Shown here piece after piece: positions 1 to 9,834 of a stretch of 30,262 bases of DNA. Position numbers and translations under genes: made by a program. This DNA comes from a virus (taxonomy: Duplodnaviria; Heunggongvirae; Uroviricota; Caudoviricetes), in the IMG/VR virus record IMGVR_UViG_2534681935_000039, positions 1 to 30,262 of that record; one strand, written 5' to 3'. The notes under the pieces were generated by a model, which was given only the letters and a program-made list of their open reading frames with translations, was not told the DNA's origin and searched no databases. How positions within the stretch are numbered: position 1 is the first letter of the stretch; the number at the start of each line of letters is the position of its first letter.

Positions 1-216
1 TTTCTTTAATGCCGCTTCTCGCTGTAATTCTTCAGATGCCAATTGTGCTGCACGATATAGCCGCTCTGATTCGGAAAGTTGTCTCCACGACATCGGGTCA
101 TCACGAGCAATGGAGCGCATATTTCGATAAATGCGGTCTTCAATGTTCTGTATTTCTCGCGCTGTTAACGTGCGCTGCGCCGCCTGCTGGACCGCTTGTA
201 TACATTCCTGTCTCAT
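1..216 (-). CDS. hypothetical virion-module protein, first 72 codons only (gene runs off the window start)
   Basis: ATG at 216-214 lies a few nt after the stop of the upstream 600-aa gene, GAGG about 9 nt upstream; frame open to position 1. Absent from ORF track because no stop in window. Confidence 0.35.
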   Translation of the reverse strand, partial: MRQECIQAVQQAAQRTLTAREIQNIEDRIYRNMRSIARDDPMSWRQLSESERLYRAAQLASEELQREAALKK

Positions 217-221
217 TTAAT

Positions 222-2024
222 TTAACCTCTCAAGAAACACGCCACAGCGACATCAAACAGGCTGGAATCCTGTATTGCCTGCTCACTTTCCCTGTTCGCT
301 TCATCCAGTACTTCACGCGCGCTGCGCGATTGTGGATTACCATCATCATCCAGCACGGTAATTATCATGTCAGGTGATTCAAGCAGCGAGTCTTCAGCTA
401 TGCGCAGATCAATATCTCCTGCCTGATCCGCCATCATTTTTTGTTCTGCCTGTTGCAATATTTTATCAGGCTCAAAAGGAGCTACTTCGTCTGGCGTCCT
501 GACATCTGCTGTTTTATAGAATGAAACAGCCTGAGCATTAAGTTCACTTTCTACCTGCAGTCGCCGTGCCAGTTCTGCTCGAGCTTCAAAAAACTGACCG
601 CCAGGCTCATGCGGTGCCAACGCGTTACGAGAAAATTCCAGGCGTTCTTGTGCCTGCCGGATTCGTTGGTCAATATCGCGAAGTCTGGCCTGTTTATCTG
701 ATCGAGCACGAGATAAAGCCTTACCGCTACCGGTTGGCTCTTCTGCAAGAATTTGTGCGCGCTGTTCAGTGAGATTTTCAATAATTCGTTGGCTATTAGC
801 GATTTCAGACTGGTAAACCTGTCTATCGCCACGCGGCAAAAGCTGCGCGGCCTGTTCTTCAAGCAACCGATTTTCTATAGCGCGCGCCGTTACTCCATCA
901 TCTACAGATGACAGAGCCTCATTAACTGCCTGAGACAGCAGACTCTTGCGCCCTAGAATTTCACTGAAAGATGCAGACTCAACAATGCTGGCAACGTCTA
1001 CAGGTCTCCCCTGGCTAACATCAGACATAGCTTTTCGCAGAGCCTGAATGTGAGAATTGCGCGAAAGCACGTTGATCGGCACGCCGGGAGCAATATCAAT
1101 TTCAGCATGATGAGCGGCATTCGCCGCCAGTGCAGCATCGACATCAACTGGTGAAAAATTTGGTGCGCTTGTAGACTCGCCGCGAGAGTTAATAAATCTG
1201 CCGACACCACCAAACGCCACCCCAAGAACAGCATCAATAGCAATTGCCTGTCGATCCAACACATCATACTGGTTAGCCATTTCGCTATAGCCACCATCAC
1301 GAAGCGTTTTTGCAGTAAGCCCACGCTGTGCCATACCGAACGCAATATTTGTACCTGCGGCATAGGCAATATCTGGCGTTGCACGTACTGCTGTTGCTGC
1401 GGCGCGTCGCACTGAACTTTCACCCGTCCGCGCAAGCTGAGCCGCCACACCTTCCGCCAGCGCACCACCAGCACGTAACCCGAGGCTCATAGGGATCAGT
1501 GTTCCAGCACCAGCAGTAATACCCTGCACTAATCCCGCTTCCTGCGCCGTCCTGAAATCAACACCCTGTGCTGTCAGCCGTTCAAACTCAGAAAAACCCT
1601 GTAGAGAAGTTACCGCCGCAGCACCTCCGACCGGACCACCGAGCATTGTACCGACAACAGCCTGCCCTCCCATATCGAACAACCCATAAAGGACCTGCCC
1701 GGCGGTTCCGGTTGTCGCGGCATCAGGCGTCAGCCGCTTAACCTGCTGCTCTGCTAGTTTTCTCTGCTCAGCAATGTATGAAACTGAAGTGTCATTGAGC
1801 GAGGTGTTTTCGTTAACAAACTGAGCAATCGGGGATACGATTTTATCCATCCCTGCCCATAGCAACTGATCTGGCTTTGCCACCAGCCCGGAGTACAAAC
1901 CAGACAATGCCGCTCCTACAGCATTGTCGAAAAAACCAACATCGCTGTTAAAGCCAGCTGGATTTGATGCTGCTTCGTCAAGCTGCTGATTCTGGTTTAC
2001 TGGATTAAGGCCAAAGTAACTCAT
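222..2024 (-). CDS. putative internal virion / ejection protein (600 aa)
   Basis: Gly/Ala-rich hydrophobic N-terminal third, then long Q/R/E-rich helical-looking region; ATGA start/stop overlap with upstream gene; position distal to tail tubular genes. Confidence 0.45.
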   Translation of the reverse strand: MSYFGLNPVNQNQQLDEAASNPAGFNSDVGFFDNAVGAALSGLYSGLVAKPDQLLWAGMDKIVSPIAQFVNENTSLNDTSVSYIAEQRKLAEQQVKRLTPDAATTGTAGQVLYGLFDMGGQAVVGTMLGGPVGGAAAVTSLQGFSEFERLTAQGVDFRTAQEAGLVQGITAGAGTLIPMSLGLRAGGALAEGVAAQLARTGESSVRRAAATAVRATPDIAYAAGTNIAFGMAQRGLTAKTLRDGGYSEMANQYDVLDRQAIAIDAVLGVAFGGVGRFINSRGESTSAPNFSPVDVDAALAANAAHHAEIDIAPGVPINVLSRNSHIQALRKAMSDVSQGRPVDVASIVESASFSEILGRKSLLSQAVNEALSSVDDGVTARAIENRLLEEQAAQLLPRGDRQVYQSEIANSQRIIENLTEQRAQILAEEPTGSGKALSRARSDKQARLRDIDQRIRQAQERLEFSRNALAPHEPGGQFFEARAELARRLQVESELNAQAVSFYKTADVRTPDEVAPFEPDKILQQAEQKMMADQAGDIDLRIAEDSLLESPDMIITVLDDDGNPQSRSAREVLDEANRESEQAIQDSSLFDVAVACFLRG

Positions 2025-2626
2025 TGCGGAATATCTCCGGAGAATCTCTGACGTTTCTGTGTCAGATTAAGAACAACGGGAGAACCATCATCTTTCAGCA
2101 GATAACCAGTACCAAGTTTCACCAGGTACTGACTATCGCCGTAACTTTGCAAACCATACTGACCAGGCGGTGTTTTTATCCCGGAGCCGACAACTTGTTC
2201 ATTCCAAGCCTGATTAGCCTGCTTATCGAATTGCTCTGCAGACATTCCCCACGGCAAAAGGACATTCCCCATTCCGTTATAGTCATGCACGCCACCTGTA
2301 GCTACGTTAACAGCCTGTTTCCAGACATCATTGTCAATTTCGCCTGATACCACGCCTTTTTTCGCCATCACACCAGCGTAATAATCCTTTGCGATCTCGT
2401 ATGCCATTGATGCCCCCTGAGCGTCACCAGCAAATGCATCCTTCACCATGTCAGAAAACTCAAGGCGAAGATCAGCATCTTTAGGCATCGGAATACCTTT
2501 CGCATCATCAGTACCTTTACGAGCCGCCGCGCCAGTAAGAATTGTCTGCGCAGCGGTTTCAGGAGACACGGAAACATCAGGATTAAACCAGTTTTTTTCT
2601 GCCAAAATACCACCAGGCTTATCCAT
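2021..2626 (-). CDS. hypothetical virion protein (201 aa from ATG 2626; ORF track extends to GTG 2692)
   Basis: ATG 2626-2624 overlaps stop of 2626..3477 as TGATG, suggesting translational coupling; same operon. Confidence 0.4.
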   Translation of the reverse strand: MDKPGGILAEKNWFNPDVSVSPETAAQTILTGAAARKGTDDAKGIPMPKDADLRLEFSDMVKDAFAGDAQGASMAYEIAKDYYAGVMAKKGVVSGEIDNDVWKQAVNVATGGVHDYNGMGNVLLPWGMSAEQFDKQANQAWNEQVVGSGIKTPPGQYGLQSYGDSQYLVKLGTGYLLKDDGSPVVLNLTQKRQRFSGDIPQ

Positions 2627-3477
2627 CAGTATCCCGGCAACGGCAGCAGATGGAGCGTTGGCACTGATCTGCTGTAGCGCTGACATATACACCTGCCCAC
2701 CACCAGTGCTCTGCCTGATGGTATCGAGATATGCTGCCTGTTGGGAAACTGGAGCATCACGAAGAAAACACCGATCTGATTGGCCTCGTCTTTGGAAAAG
2801 AACGTCAGTGGAGTGCCATATGACTTAGCAAGGTCACTGACCTGAGCGGCACGCAAGGCAACGCTCTGTCCAAAGTTATCCTTATTGCTCATGTCGATAG
2901 GCTTTGCCTGTCCGGAGGCAAGAGAGAACTGCACAGGATCCGACTGCCGCTGCTTTATCACCTGATTTGCAGCCGAAACAACGTTGTCATAAAGAGCTGC
3001 GCGTGCCGCATACCCCTCCCCTGTATCACCAGTATCCGGGCGTAATTGCTCAACATATGCTGTAATGCTGCTTGTCGGCATGTTGCGGAAAGAGCCTATA
3101 TACTGTCCGGCGATCTGCGTATTCTTAAACTCGGTATATCGCAGGTTTCCTTCTCTGACTCCATAAGCTGCAATAAAATCAGCCTCACCAGGTGGGTTAG
3201 GAAATTCAACTCCACGCATATACGCAACTGTCGCATCTCGAACCCGGCTGTCAATCATCGTTTTATATTCAGCCTGCTGCTGCCGACGCAGTTGATCCGC
3301 CTGCCGCATAAAACTTGCCTGCGCCTCAGAAGATGCCGCATCGAATGCTGCATTACCGGTATAGCGTTTGGTGTTGGTTGGAATTGTTGATAAACCAAGT
3401 GCAGCACTGACACCAGCAGTTAACTGCTGATCACTGTATGGCTGGCTACCGTTCTCATGATGGATAATGGCTAGCAC
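2626..3477 (-). CDS. hypothetical virion protein (283 aa); C-terminal ~40 residues look atypical
   Basis: ORF track; see finding on possible frameshift into the 2021..2692 frame near 2755-2830. Confidence 0.4.
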   Translation of the reverse strand: MLAIIHHENGSQPYSDQQLTAGVSAALGLSTIPTNTKRYTGNAAFDAASSEAQASFMRQADQLRRQQQAEYKTMIDSRVRDATVAYMRGVEFPNPPGEADFIAAYGVREGNLRYTEFKNTQIAGQYIGSFRNMPTSSITAYVEQLRPDTGDTGEGYAARAALYDNVVSAANQVIKQRQSDPVQFSLASGQAKPIDMSNKDNFGQSVALRAAQVSDLAKSYGTPLTFFSKDEANQIGVFFVMLQFPNRQHISIPSGRALVVGRCICQRYSRSVPTLHLLPLPGY

Positions 3478-3521
3478 AAAGCGCCTTCAGGGTAACAGGA
3501 TTAGATGCATCGAGAGGTTCA

Positions 3522-4049
3522 TCAGCAGAAACGCCAAGGTTGTTCGCACACTGCTTTGATATACGACATAGTGTCATTTTTATCAGTAGGCGGTGCCCAG
3601 CGATTAATTATCTCGCTGACGGTATCAATACCTTGCCGCTGATACGACATCAGGTTCCGCCCTAATGCACGAATCCCGTGTTCAGGTGTTTCGAATTTAG
3701 CAAATCGACCATCATCACCGGTCTGGCCTACCCACGGATTAGTTTTGCTGTATTCGAGATTTCCTGGGTTATTGTTGCGTATGCCACGGGCACGCTCGGA
3801 AGAGTCACTATCTGCTACAGCACGGCGAGCTCCAGCAGCAGTATCACTTAACTCGCCATTACTTTGGATGAATGCGGTCGCATTGTTTGCCGACCACTGG
3901 GACAATGCGGCATCAGCAACCTTCTCTTTAAACTCGATTTTCTTGGCCTGTATTTGCTCGTCGCTCCAGCCATGTGCAATGCCGTAATCCTCAATTTGCT
4001 GGAAAGTTTGCTTATTAGCCAATACGTATGCGGCGTTGTCGCCATACAA
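3522..4049 (-). CDS. hypothetical virion protein (175 aa)
   Basis: ORF track, co-directional and tightly packed in the virion operon; contains an RNNNPGN motif of unverified significance. Confidence 0.4.
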   Translation of the reverse strand: MYGDNAAYVLANKQTFQQIEDYGIAHGWSDEQIQAKKIEFKEKVADAALSQWSANNATAFIQSNGELSDTAAGARRAVADSDSSERARGIRNNNPGNLEYSKTNPWVGQTGDDGRFAKFETPEHGIRALGRNLMSYQRQGIDTVSEIINRWAPPTDKNDTMSYIKAVCEQPWRFC

Positions 4050-4072
4050 TGCTGCGGCATTTTTACCATTGT

Positions 4073-4534
4073 TCAGCAGCGTAGCCTGAAACTGGCCTTC
4101 TCGTAGGCATTTATTTGCCCTATCTCGTGCCGCCCGGCCTGCGTAGTGAACTGAATACGCTGCTGCTGCGCCTGCTGCATGAAAGCATTACGAGCCTGTT
4201 CATCCGGCAGCGACATAGCCAGTTGTTCGACCTGAGCATCAAACTGCTGTGTATACTCCTGACCTTTTCCAATAGCATTTTTCCCTTTCAGGTTAAGCAA
4301 ACCTGTTTCAGGGTTATTCAGCAGATCGCTGCTTATCTGGCTTAAGCTAAGAGAAGCATCCTGAGCCATAGCAACATTCGCGCGCTGTTTTGCCTGCGCA
4401 ATAATACCTGCATATTGCTCTGCAACATCGCCAAGTACATCACCGACATTTGGTGTCTGAAACGATGAGAATCCCTGCGTCGAAATCCCTCTGCTCTGAA
4501 CCTGACGGCCCGATGTTGTTGGTACAACTGGCAT
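4073..4534 (-). CDS. hypothetical virion protein (153 aa)
   Basis: ORF track; operon context. Confidence 0.4.
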   Translation of the reverse strand: MPVVPTTSGRQVQSRGISTQGFSSFQTPNVGDVLGDVAEQYAGIIAQAKQRANVAMAQDASLSLSQISSDLLNNPETGLLNLKGKNAIGKGQEYTQQFDAQVEQLAMSLPDEQARNAFMQQAQQQRIQFTTQAGRHEIGQINAYEKASFRLRC

Positions 4535-4546
4535 CTTATTATCCCC

Positions 4547-5086
4547 TTATCGACCGGTTGGAGTTCCAACAGCAGCAGAAATCGGCGCAGCCTTCTGAGA
4601 GAACGGGCTCCACGTTCCGCCGCCCATCTGGTATGCACCGTATGCTTTTAGTGGTGCCGTTAACAAAGTACTGGTCATCGATGATTTAGCAGCCGACTGA
4701 GCAGCAGCCCCCTGTGCCTGAGCATTCACTCCCTGAACCTGATACCCATATGCCTCACGCTGAGCATTATTCACTGTCGTTAACGCATCAAGAGTGCCGA
4801 ACTGAGCATTATCCGCAAAAACGTCAAGAGCTGTTCCGCTACTTAATTCCGCACCGGTAGCCCCCATAGTGGCCGCCGCAGTGCCTGAGCGTTGACGCAT
4901 TTCACGACGACGCTGATCCGCTTCAATATTCCCACGATTGATTGAATCCTGTGCCTGAGCTTCAGCAATTTCAGCATTCCGATCAGCTATGGCTGACTGG
5001 TATTTTGCCTGCTTGCTCTGGCTGTACATTGACGCGGCTGTGGATGCCACTGTGACGGCAACCAAAGCGATGGCTGGGTTACACAT
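4547..5086 (-). CDS. hypothetical virion protein with hydrophobic N-terminal segment (179 aa)
   Basis: N-terminal stretch AIALVAVTVASTAA looks membrane-like; Ala/Gln-rich; operon context. Confidence 0.4.
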   Translation of the reverse strand: MCNPAIALVAVTVASTAASMYSQSKQAKYQSAIADRNAEIAEAQAQDSINRGNIEADQRRREMRQRSGTAAATMGATGAELSSGTALDVFADNAQFGTLDALTTVNNAQREAYGYQVQGVNAQAQGAAAQSAAKSSMTSTLLTAPLKAYGAYQMGGGTWSPFSQKAAPISAAVGTPTGR

Positions 5087-5550
5087 TATTTTCTCTCCAT
5101 GTGAAATCTGTGGAAATTAAGACCAAGGGCACCATAAGGCGCGGCTTCTTCAAGCCTGAATCCAAGCCAGTGCAGCCATGCTTTGGCAACATGGTTTCGC
5201 TCGTCGACGTAGTTTTCCAGGCGCGGATAAACTGCCAGCATCTGCTGCAATACAGGGCGGCAGTGGCGAAGAAATGTCTTCTGATATTTTTCAATACGGC
5301 TGGTTCCTACCAGCCAGGGTGTACCATTGCCACCGATCATTGACGCCGGAGATACACCAAACATGGTTACCAGTTCTCCGTTCGCAAATCCTGACCAGGC
5401 CATAGTCGCAGTACGCAGACCAACACGCAGCGCATCTTCGGTAGTCATCAGTGATACCGCATACAGTTCGTCAATATCAGCCTGACGAACATCCGGCAAA
5501 ATCATCTGAAGATGCTCTTCGGTTGCGGGAATAATTTGAACATAGATCAT
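5086..5550 (-). CDS. hypothetical virion protein (154 aa)
   Basis: ORF track; 1-nt start/stop overlaps on both sides. Confidence 0.4.
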   Translation of the reverse strand: MIYVQIIPATEEHLQMILPDVRQADIDELYAVSLMTTEDALRVGLRTATMAWSGFANGELVTMFGVSPASMIGGNGTPWLVGTSRIEKYQKTFLRHCRPVLQQMLAVYPRLENYVDERNHVAKAWLHWLGFRLEEAAPYGALGLNFHRFHMERK

Positions 5551-8021
5551 CAGAATCCCCCAACAGTAAGGCGAGGAATAACGGCAAGAACAGACAGCGG
5601 CAACGGATCAAGCTGACGGATTTTTACACGTCCGTTTTTGCCCCAGTTACTGTCCAGTTTCACTTCTACTTTTCCGGTAGCATCATCAACAGGATCATCG
5701 TAGAACTCGAATTCACGCTGTGGATATTCGTACCATTTACCGCCGGGCGTAGTCGCCCAGATGCCGCGACTGGCATTCACAACCAGAGTAACGGAGGGGA
5801 TCACCTGTTTTTTGTCCAGCAGCGTTTCCTGTCCGTTAATGTTGATATCCAGTGTTTCGAATTCAGCAGTTATTGGCAGGCCGATGTGCACTACAGCCCC
5901 CGGAGATTCCAGCGTGACGGCACCTCCGGAAACCACTTTCTGTGGTTCCACGTTCGCATCAGAGAGAATGTTTACGGTCTGGCCTTCAAGATGAGACAGG
6001 CCTCCAAATGTCCGGCGCGCCATCTGCCAGTTCGTGGTGGCCACATTCCTGAGGGATGGCGGGACGTTCCTGTTAGCACGAACCACTACTGCGGTATTGC
6101 TGGTTACAGAAATAATGTCGCAACGTAATTCTTTTGACACTTCATCGCCAGTATCAGGATCAGTTCCGGTATAAGGGAACTGTAGTTGCGCGCCGACATC
6201 ACTACTGGTGAAGTACGCACCACCAGAAACACTGATTGTATATTCCGCGCGGTAATCCCATTCGCCAGAACCACCAGTGATGATCATCGTTCTGTCAGAC
6301 GTATTTCTTCCATCATAGCTAAGGCCAGAATCAACAAAGAAAGCATCTTCATCGCTGGTAAATAAACGGCTGGACAGTCGCTCGATGTATCTCACTGTTT
6401 GCCCGTTAACGGTTCGGTTAACGACGAAATACACCGCATCTTCATTGCCTTCGCTGATACTGCATGTGCTTTCATATTTTCCGGTACTGGATTGTGGTGC
6501 CCATGCAAAAACCTGCTGATCACGCAAATAGGTCATCACCAGTAATTTACCGTCATCACGAATGCAGAAGGCACTGGAGTAAGGGACTATCGAGAAGCAC
6601 CAGTCAACAATGCTGTGCTTCTGAAAAAGATGATTGGCAAGGATGGTCAGGTCGTTCCCCTGATAGCCGTCAACATCGAATGAGTAGGCCAGATCACGGA
6701 CAACGCTGCCTTTCTCCTGGACGAACAGAGCAATATTCGCCACAGCAATTGGCGGGACGTTGCTTGAGCCATTTGATCCCTGAGAGCTGAATGCAAATGA
6801 TGATGGGGTTAACACTTTGTTCTGGTCGCCGGTGATGACGTACTCACCTCCGGAAGTCAGCGCCACCAGAGAACCAACATCAATCAGGTGGCGGATCTCA
6901 TTAACCTGACGTCCGGCATAGGTGTAGATAATTCTGTCGTCATCCTGCGTAGGATTGCTTTTGCCAAAATCCTTATAATCCCCGGTACGGCTGGCCCAGA
7001 TAGTCTGAGGAAACGCAGTCGATGCGGCGAAGTAAAGACGTTGTTGATAATAAACAACAGTGCCAGGATAACCATTAACACTGTTCCAGGCATATTTAGC
7101 CCATTTATAGCTGGCATTATCCTCGCCCACGACCTGCGAAGGGATATAGGAAATCACCTCGGCAGTTGCAGTAGTTCCATTTGCAGCAGTGATACGGGCA
7201 ATGCCAAAACCACTGTGCAGATATTCCCACTCAATGCCAGTATCATCATCACCGGATCCGCCCCAGCCATCCCATGATGTGCCTTCTGTATGCGAAGGGC
7301 GCAAAGTACCTGTTTTGCCTGCTGTAACGGCGCGATAGTAGTTACTGTCTGCACGGCGAATATCGCCAATCGACGTACTCTTACTGGTTTCCCATACCGG
7401 CACAGAATCCACTGCAGGCTGTTCCAGATAGAACAATTTGCCTACCTGCTCCGCGCCAAAAATAGAGGCGCTTGCCGTTAGCGTAATTGTCCCGGTGCTG
7501 GCGCTGGCATAAACCGTCACTGACTCGTCAATATTGATATCTTCAAATGGCCCGTTCTTCGTTACCACATCAACCAGTTGCCAGTTGTCATGAGCATATC
7601 GGCGCAACTCTTTCGGCGGGTATGCCGGGTGAACCAGCGTAAGCACGTCGGCGCTTTGCGTGAATTTAATTCGGAACAGATCGGCTTCAGTATATGGCGT
7701 GGCAATTTCATAAATAACATTGCTGCTGTTCAGCACCAACGCACCATCTTTGATAACGCGCATGTACAGGTGTCCGAACTCCAGAGCATAGGTCTGAACC
7801 GTCGAGAACTGGAACGGGATCAGACGGCATTTACGATTTGGGTATTTGGCGGCACCGACAAAACGCGTACCAGGTCGATTCTCAACGCCGCCATACTGCC
7901 GCACGATAAAGTTATCGCACTTGCGCAATGCCACCTGGTACTTCGCCATGTCAATACGCCCGTACAACGACGGTCCAATCTCACCACCGGCAAAGCTGGG
8001 CTGGATCCAACTGATAGCCAT
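5550..8021 (-). CDS. tail tubular protein B-like (823 aa)
   Basis: Large beta-rich (S/T/G/V/Y/W) protein, not tape-measure-like; size and position after tail tubular A-like gene match podovirus gp12-type proteins. From memory, not searched. Confidence 0.55.
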   Translation of the reverse strand: MAISWIQPSFAGGEIGPSLYGRIDMAKYQVALRKCDNFIVRQYGGVENRPGTRFVGAAKYPNRKCRLIPFQFSTVQTYALEFGHLYMRVIKDGALVLNSSNVIYEIATPYTEADLFRIKFTQSADVLTLVHPAYPPKELRRYAHDNWQLVDVVTKNGPFEDINIDESVTVYASASTGTITLTASASIFGAEQVGKLFYLEQPAVDSVPVWETSKSTSIGDIRRADSNYYRAVTAGKTGTLRPSHTEGTSWDGWGGSGDDDTGIEWEYLHSGFGIARITAANGTTATAEVISYIPSQVVGEDNASYKWAKYAWNSVNGYPGTVVYYQQRLYFAASTAFPQTIWASRTGDYKDFGKSNPTQDDDRIIYTYAGRQVNEIRHLIDVGSLVALTSGGEYVITGDQNKVLTPSSFAFSSQGSNGSSNVPPIAVANIALFVQEKGSVVRDLAYSFDVDGYQGNDLTILANHLFQKHSIVDWCFSIVPYSSAFCIRDDGKLLVMTYLRDQQVFAWAPQSSTGKYESTCSISEGNEDAVYFVVNRTVNGQTVRYIERLSSRLFTSDEDAFFVDSGLSYDGRNTSDRTMIITGGSGEWDYRAEYTISVSGGAYFTSSDVGAQLQFPYTGTDPDTGDEVSKELRCDIISVTSNTAVVVRANRNVPPSLRNVATTNWQMARRTFGGLSHLEGQTVNILSDANVEPQKVVSGGAVTLESPGAVVHIGLPITAEFETLDININGQETLLDKKQVIPSVTLVVNASRGIWATTPGGKWYEYPQREFEFYDDPVDDATGKVEVKLDSNWGKNGRVKIRQLDPLPLSVLAVIPRLTVGGF

Positions 8022-8626
8022 CAGGACAACCTCGCAATGGTAAACTCGTCAACCGGTGGCTGTGGTTCCTGTGATTCATTCTGGCTATGCGAGCCAGCAC
8101 TAAGAATCACGCGATTGTACATATTGAGAGCAAATTTACCGAGATCCGCATTCCCAGTCAGCGCCATGTTAATAGCTGCCGCAAGACGCCAGGCCAGCGC
8201 CTCCATAAAAATGGCATCAAACATGTTCACATCTGTAACACGAGAGACATACTTGAGCCATGCCTGCGGCTGGTCTGTGTAGATCAACTTTCCTGTTCCG
8301 TTGGTGTCTGCACCAACTTCGTACTGAACGCGCATTGCTGCTGTTGGATTGCGTACACCAGGAAGCATAATTTCAGTAATGCGCAGACAATCGGACGGGT
8401 ACTGGTATGCGTATTCCCAGTCTGGCGGCGGATTGTTCGTATCTGCAAGCGCCACGCGTTTGGTAGCAAAGTTCCAGTCAAAATCAGAAAGCACAGCATC
8501 ACGGCAGGCCTCAAAGTGCAGCGAACATTCCCCCGCTTCCTTGCTGGCTTCTGTCAGGCTGTTAATGCTGCGGCTGTTGCCAATATTGGACAGCGCACGA
8601 TTACAGATCTCTACTGCAGAGGCCAT
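8021..8626 (-). CDS. tail tubular protein A-like (201 aa)
   Basis: Size and N-terminal pattern (ALSNIGNSRSINSL) resemble podovirus gp11-type proteins as recalled; immediately upstream of the 823-aa gene. Confidence 0.5.
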   Translation of the reverse strand: MASAVEICNRALSNIGNSRSINSLTEASKEAGECSLHFEACRDAVLSDFDWNFATKRVALADTNNPPPDWEYAYQYPSDCLRITEIMLPGVRNPTAAMRVQYEVGADTNGTGKLIYTDQPQAWLKYVSRVTDVNMFDAIFMEALAWRLAAAINMALTGNADLGKFALNMYNRVILSAGSHSQNESQEPQPPVDEFTIARLS

Positions 8627-8949
8627 TACTCACCCCCATTGCCGTACAGAGTTTCAGCCGCTGATTTTTCTACATCCCCGGAAACAGGAGCGATCGCCAT
8701 ATCAGTGATCTGCAGATCGGCGCTGCGATTAACACCATCGTCAGTTTCTCTGGCAGACATGCCTCGAATAACAGCCTTTGCAGTTATCATCACTTTTGTT
8801 CCGACGCCCAGAGGTTGCGCCTTCAGCTTATTCAATGTGTCGTTATTAAGAGTGATGCACAGCCCCCACGGGTATTCATCGCGAGTTCTGGTTTCTCCGC
8901 TCTCATCCTGGTAGCTGTCAGTGCCGGTTTTGAGGTTTACGAGTTCCAT
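8626..8949 (-). CDS. hypothetical structural protein (107 aa from ATG 8949; ORF track starts at GTG 8955)
   Basis: AGGAG 6 nt upstream of ATG 8949. Confidence 0.4.
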   Translation of the reverse strand: MELVNLKTGTDSYQDESGETRTRDEYPWGLCITLNNDTLNKLKAQPLGVGTKVMITAKAVIRGMSARETDDGVNRSADLQITDMAIAPVSGDVEKSAAETLYGNGGE

Positions 8950-8965
8950 ATACACTCCTGCAATA

Positions 8966-8983
8966 AAGGGGCCGAAGCCCCTT
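8966..8983 (-). terminator. intra-operon stem-loop, AAGGGGC-UUCG-GCCCCUU on the transcript, followed by UUAUU
   Basis: Perfect 7-bp stem with UUCG tetraloop 17 nt after stop of 9000..9344; U-tract is short, so attenuator or RNA-stability element is more likely than a strong terminator. Confidence 0.3.
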
Positions 8984-8999
8984 GTCGGATTTGCGAGGC

Positions 9000-9344
9000 T
9001 TACACGCCCAGTTCTTTACGCTTATCTGCGATCTTCTCGCGGAGCGTTTCGGCTTTAGCGTTATGGTGTGGCTTCTCGTTAAAGAGCAATTCGTACTCTT
9101 CACGGAGCTTATCCAGTTCACCATCATCTGACACATCGTTGATGATTTTGGTGCTGGTTGCTGCCATAGACACCTTTCCTGCTACCTTTGCTTTTGCCTG
9201 TCTGGCTGCATCGTTAACAGGTTCCAGTGCGCTACCAGGCTCACCTTCGTATTCGATTTCTGCCCCCTCCGGCCACAGTGTGTTATGGATATGAGAGAGG
9301 CGCAGAACGCGGTATCTTGGTTTCTCACCTGACATCGATATCAC
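9000..9344 (-). CDS. hypothetical protein (114 aa)
   Basis: ORF track; operon context between capsid and tail genes. Confidence 0.4.
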   Translation of the reverse strand: MISMSGEKPRYRVLRLSHIHNTLWPEGAEIEYEGEPGSALEPVNDAARQAKAKVAGKVSMAATSTKIINDVSDDGELDKLREEYELLFNEKPHHNAKAETLREKIADKRKELGV

Positions 9345-9345
9345 C

Positions 9346-9783
9346 TTAACCAGTTACTTTTGAGCGGATCGGGTACGGTGTATTGGCATCAACATCCAGA
9401 CTGATACCCGCAGTGAATTTGCCGGCCGTTAGTGGGCCAGTTGCGACGGAGTAGTTAACACGCAGATATCGCTGAACACCGGCAGGCACCTTTGCAGAAA
9501 CAACTCGTTTACCTGCTGTCAGGGTAGCCTTTGCCAGTGCGCCACTATCATAAATAGTGGACCATGAGCTGTTATTCTCACTCGTCTGCAACTGGATGTT
9601 TACAGTTGCCTCACCACTTGCCGTGGCGGCTTCGTTAACCAGCACCCAAAACTCAAGCGGATAACCCACGCCGATATCGCGACGGTTTCCATCAATTGGA
9701 CCGAGATCGATTACGTCAGTAGAAGCCGCGGTATTCGTAACCGCCTGAGCTTCGGAGAACATCAACAGTTTGTCGGTGATCAT
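9346..9783 (-). CDS. hypothetical virion protein, possibly capsid accessory (145 aa)
   Basis: ORF track; beta-rich composition; directly downstream of capsid gene. Confidence 0.35.
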   Translation of the reverse strand: MITDKLLMFSEAQAVTNTAASTDVIDLGPIDGNRRDIGVGYPLEFWVLVNEAATASGEATVNIQLQTSENNSSWSTIYDSGALAKATLTAGKRVVSAKVPAGVQRYLRVNYSVATGPLTAGKFTAGISLDVDANTPYPIRSKVTG

Positions 9784-9834
9784 CTTCTTTCTCCATTAGT
9801 GGGTCTGTTACGACCCACAGGTTAATAACAGGCG

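Noticed and set aside
9-377. Plus-strand 122-aa ORF at the window start
   Set aside because: Antisense to the minus-strand virion genes (1..216 and the end of 222..2024); low-complexity translation; no RBS.
3522-4049. Virion-associated peptidoglycan hydrolase call for the 175-aa protein
   Set aside because: Based only on an RNNNPGN motif that I could not tie to a specific family from memory; left as hypothetical.
7578-8914. Plus-strand ORFs of 234 and 275 aa inside the tail tubular genes
   Set aside because: Shadow ORFs on the opposite strand of well-supported long minus-strand genes; Ser/Arg/Cys-rich composition.
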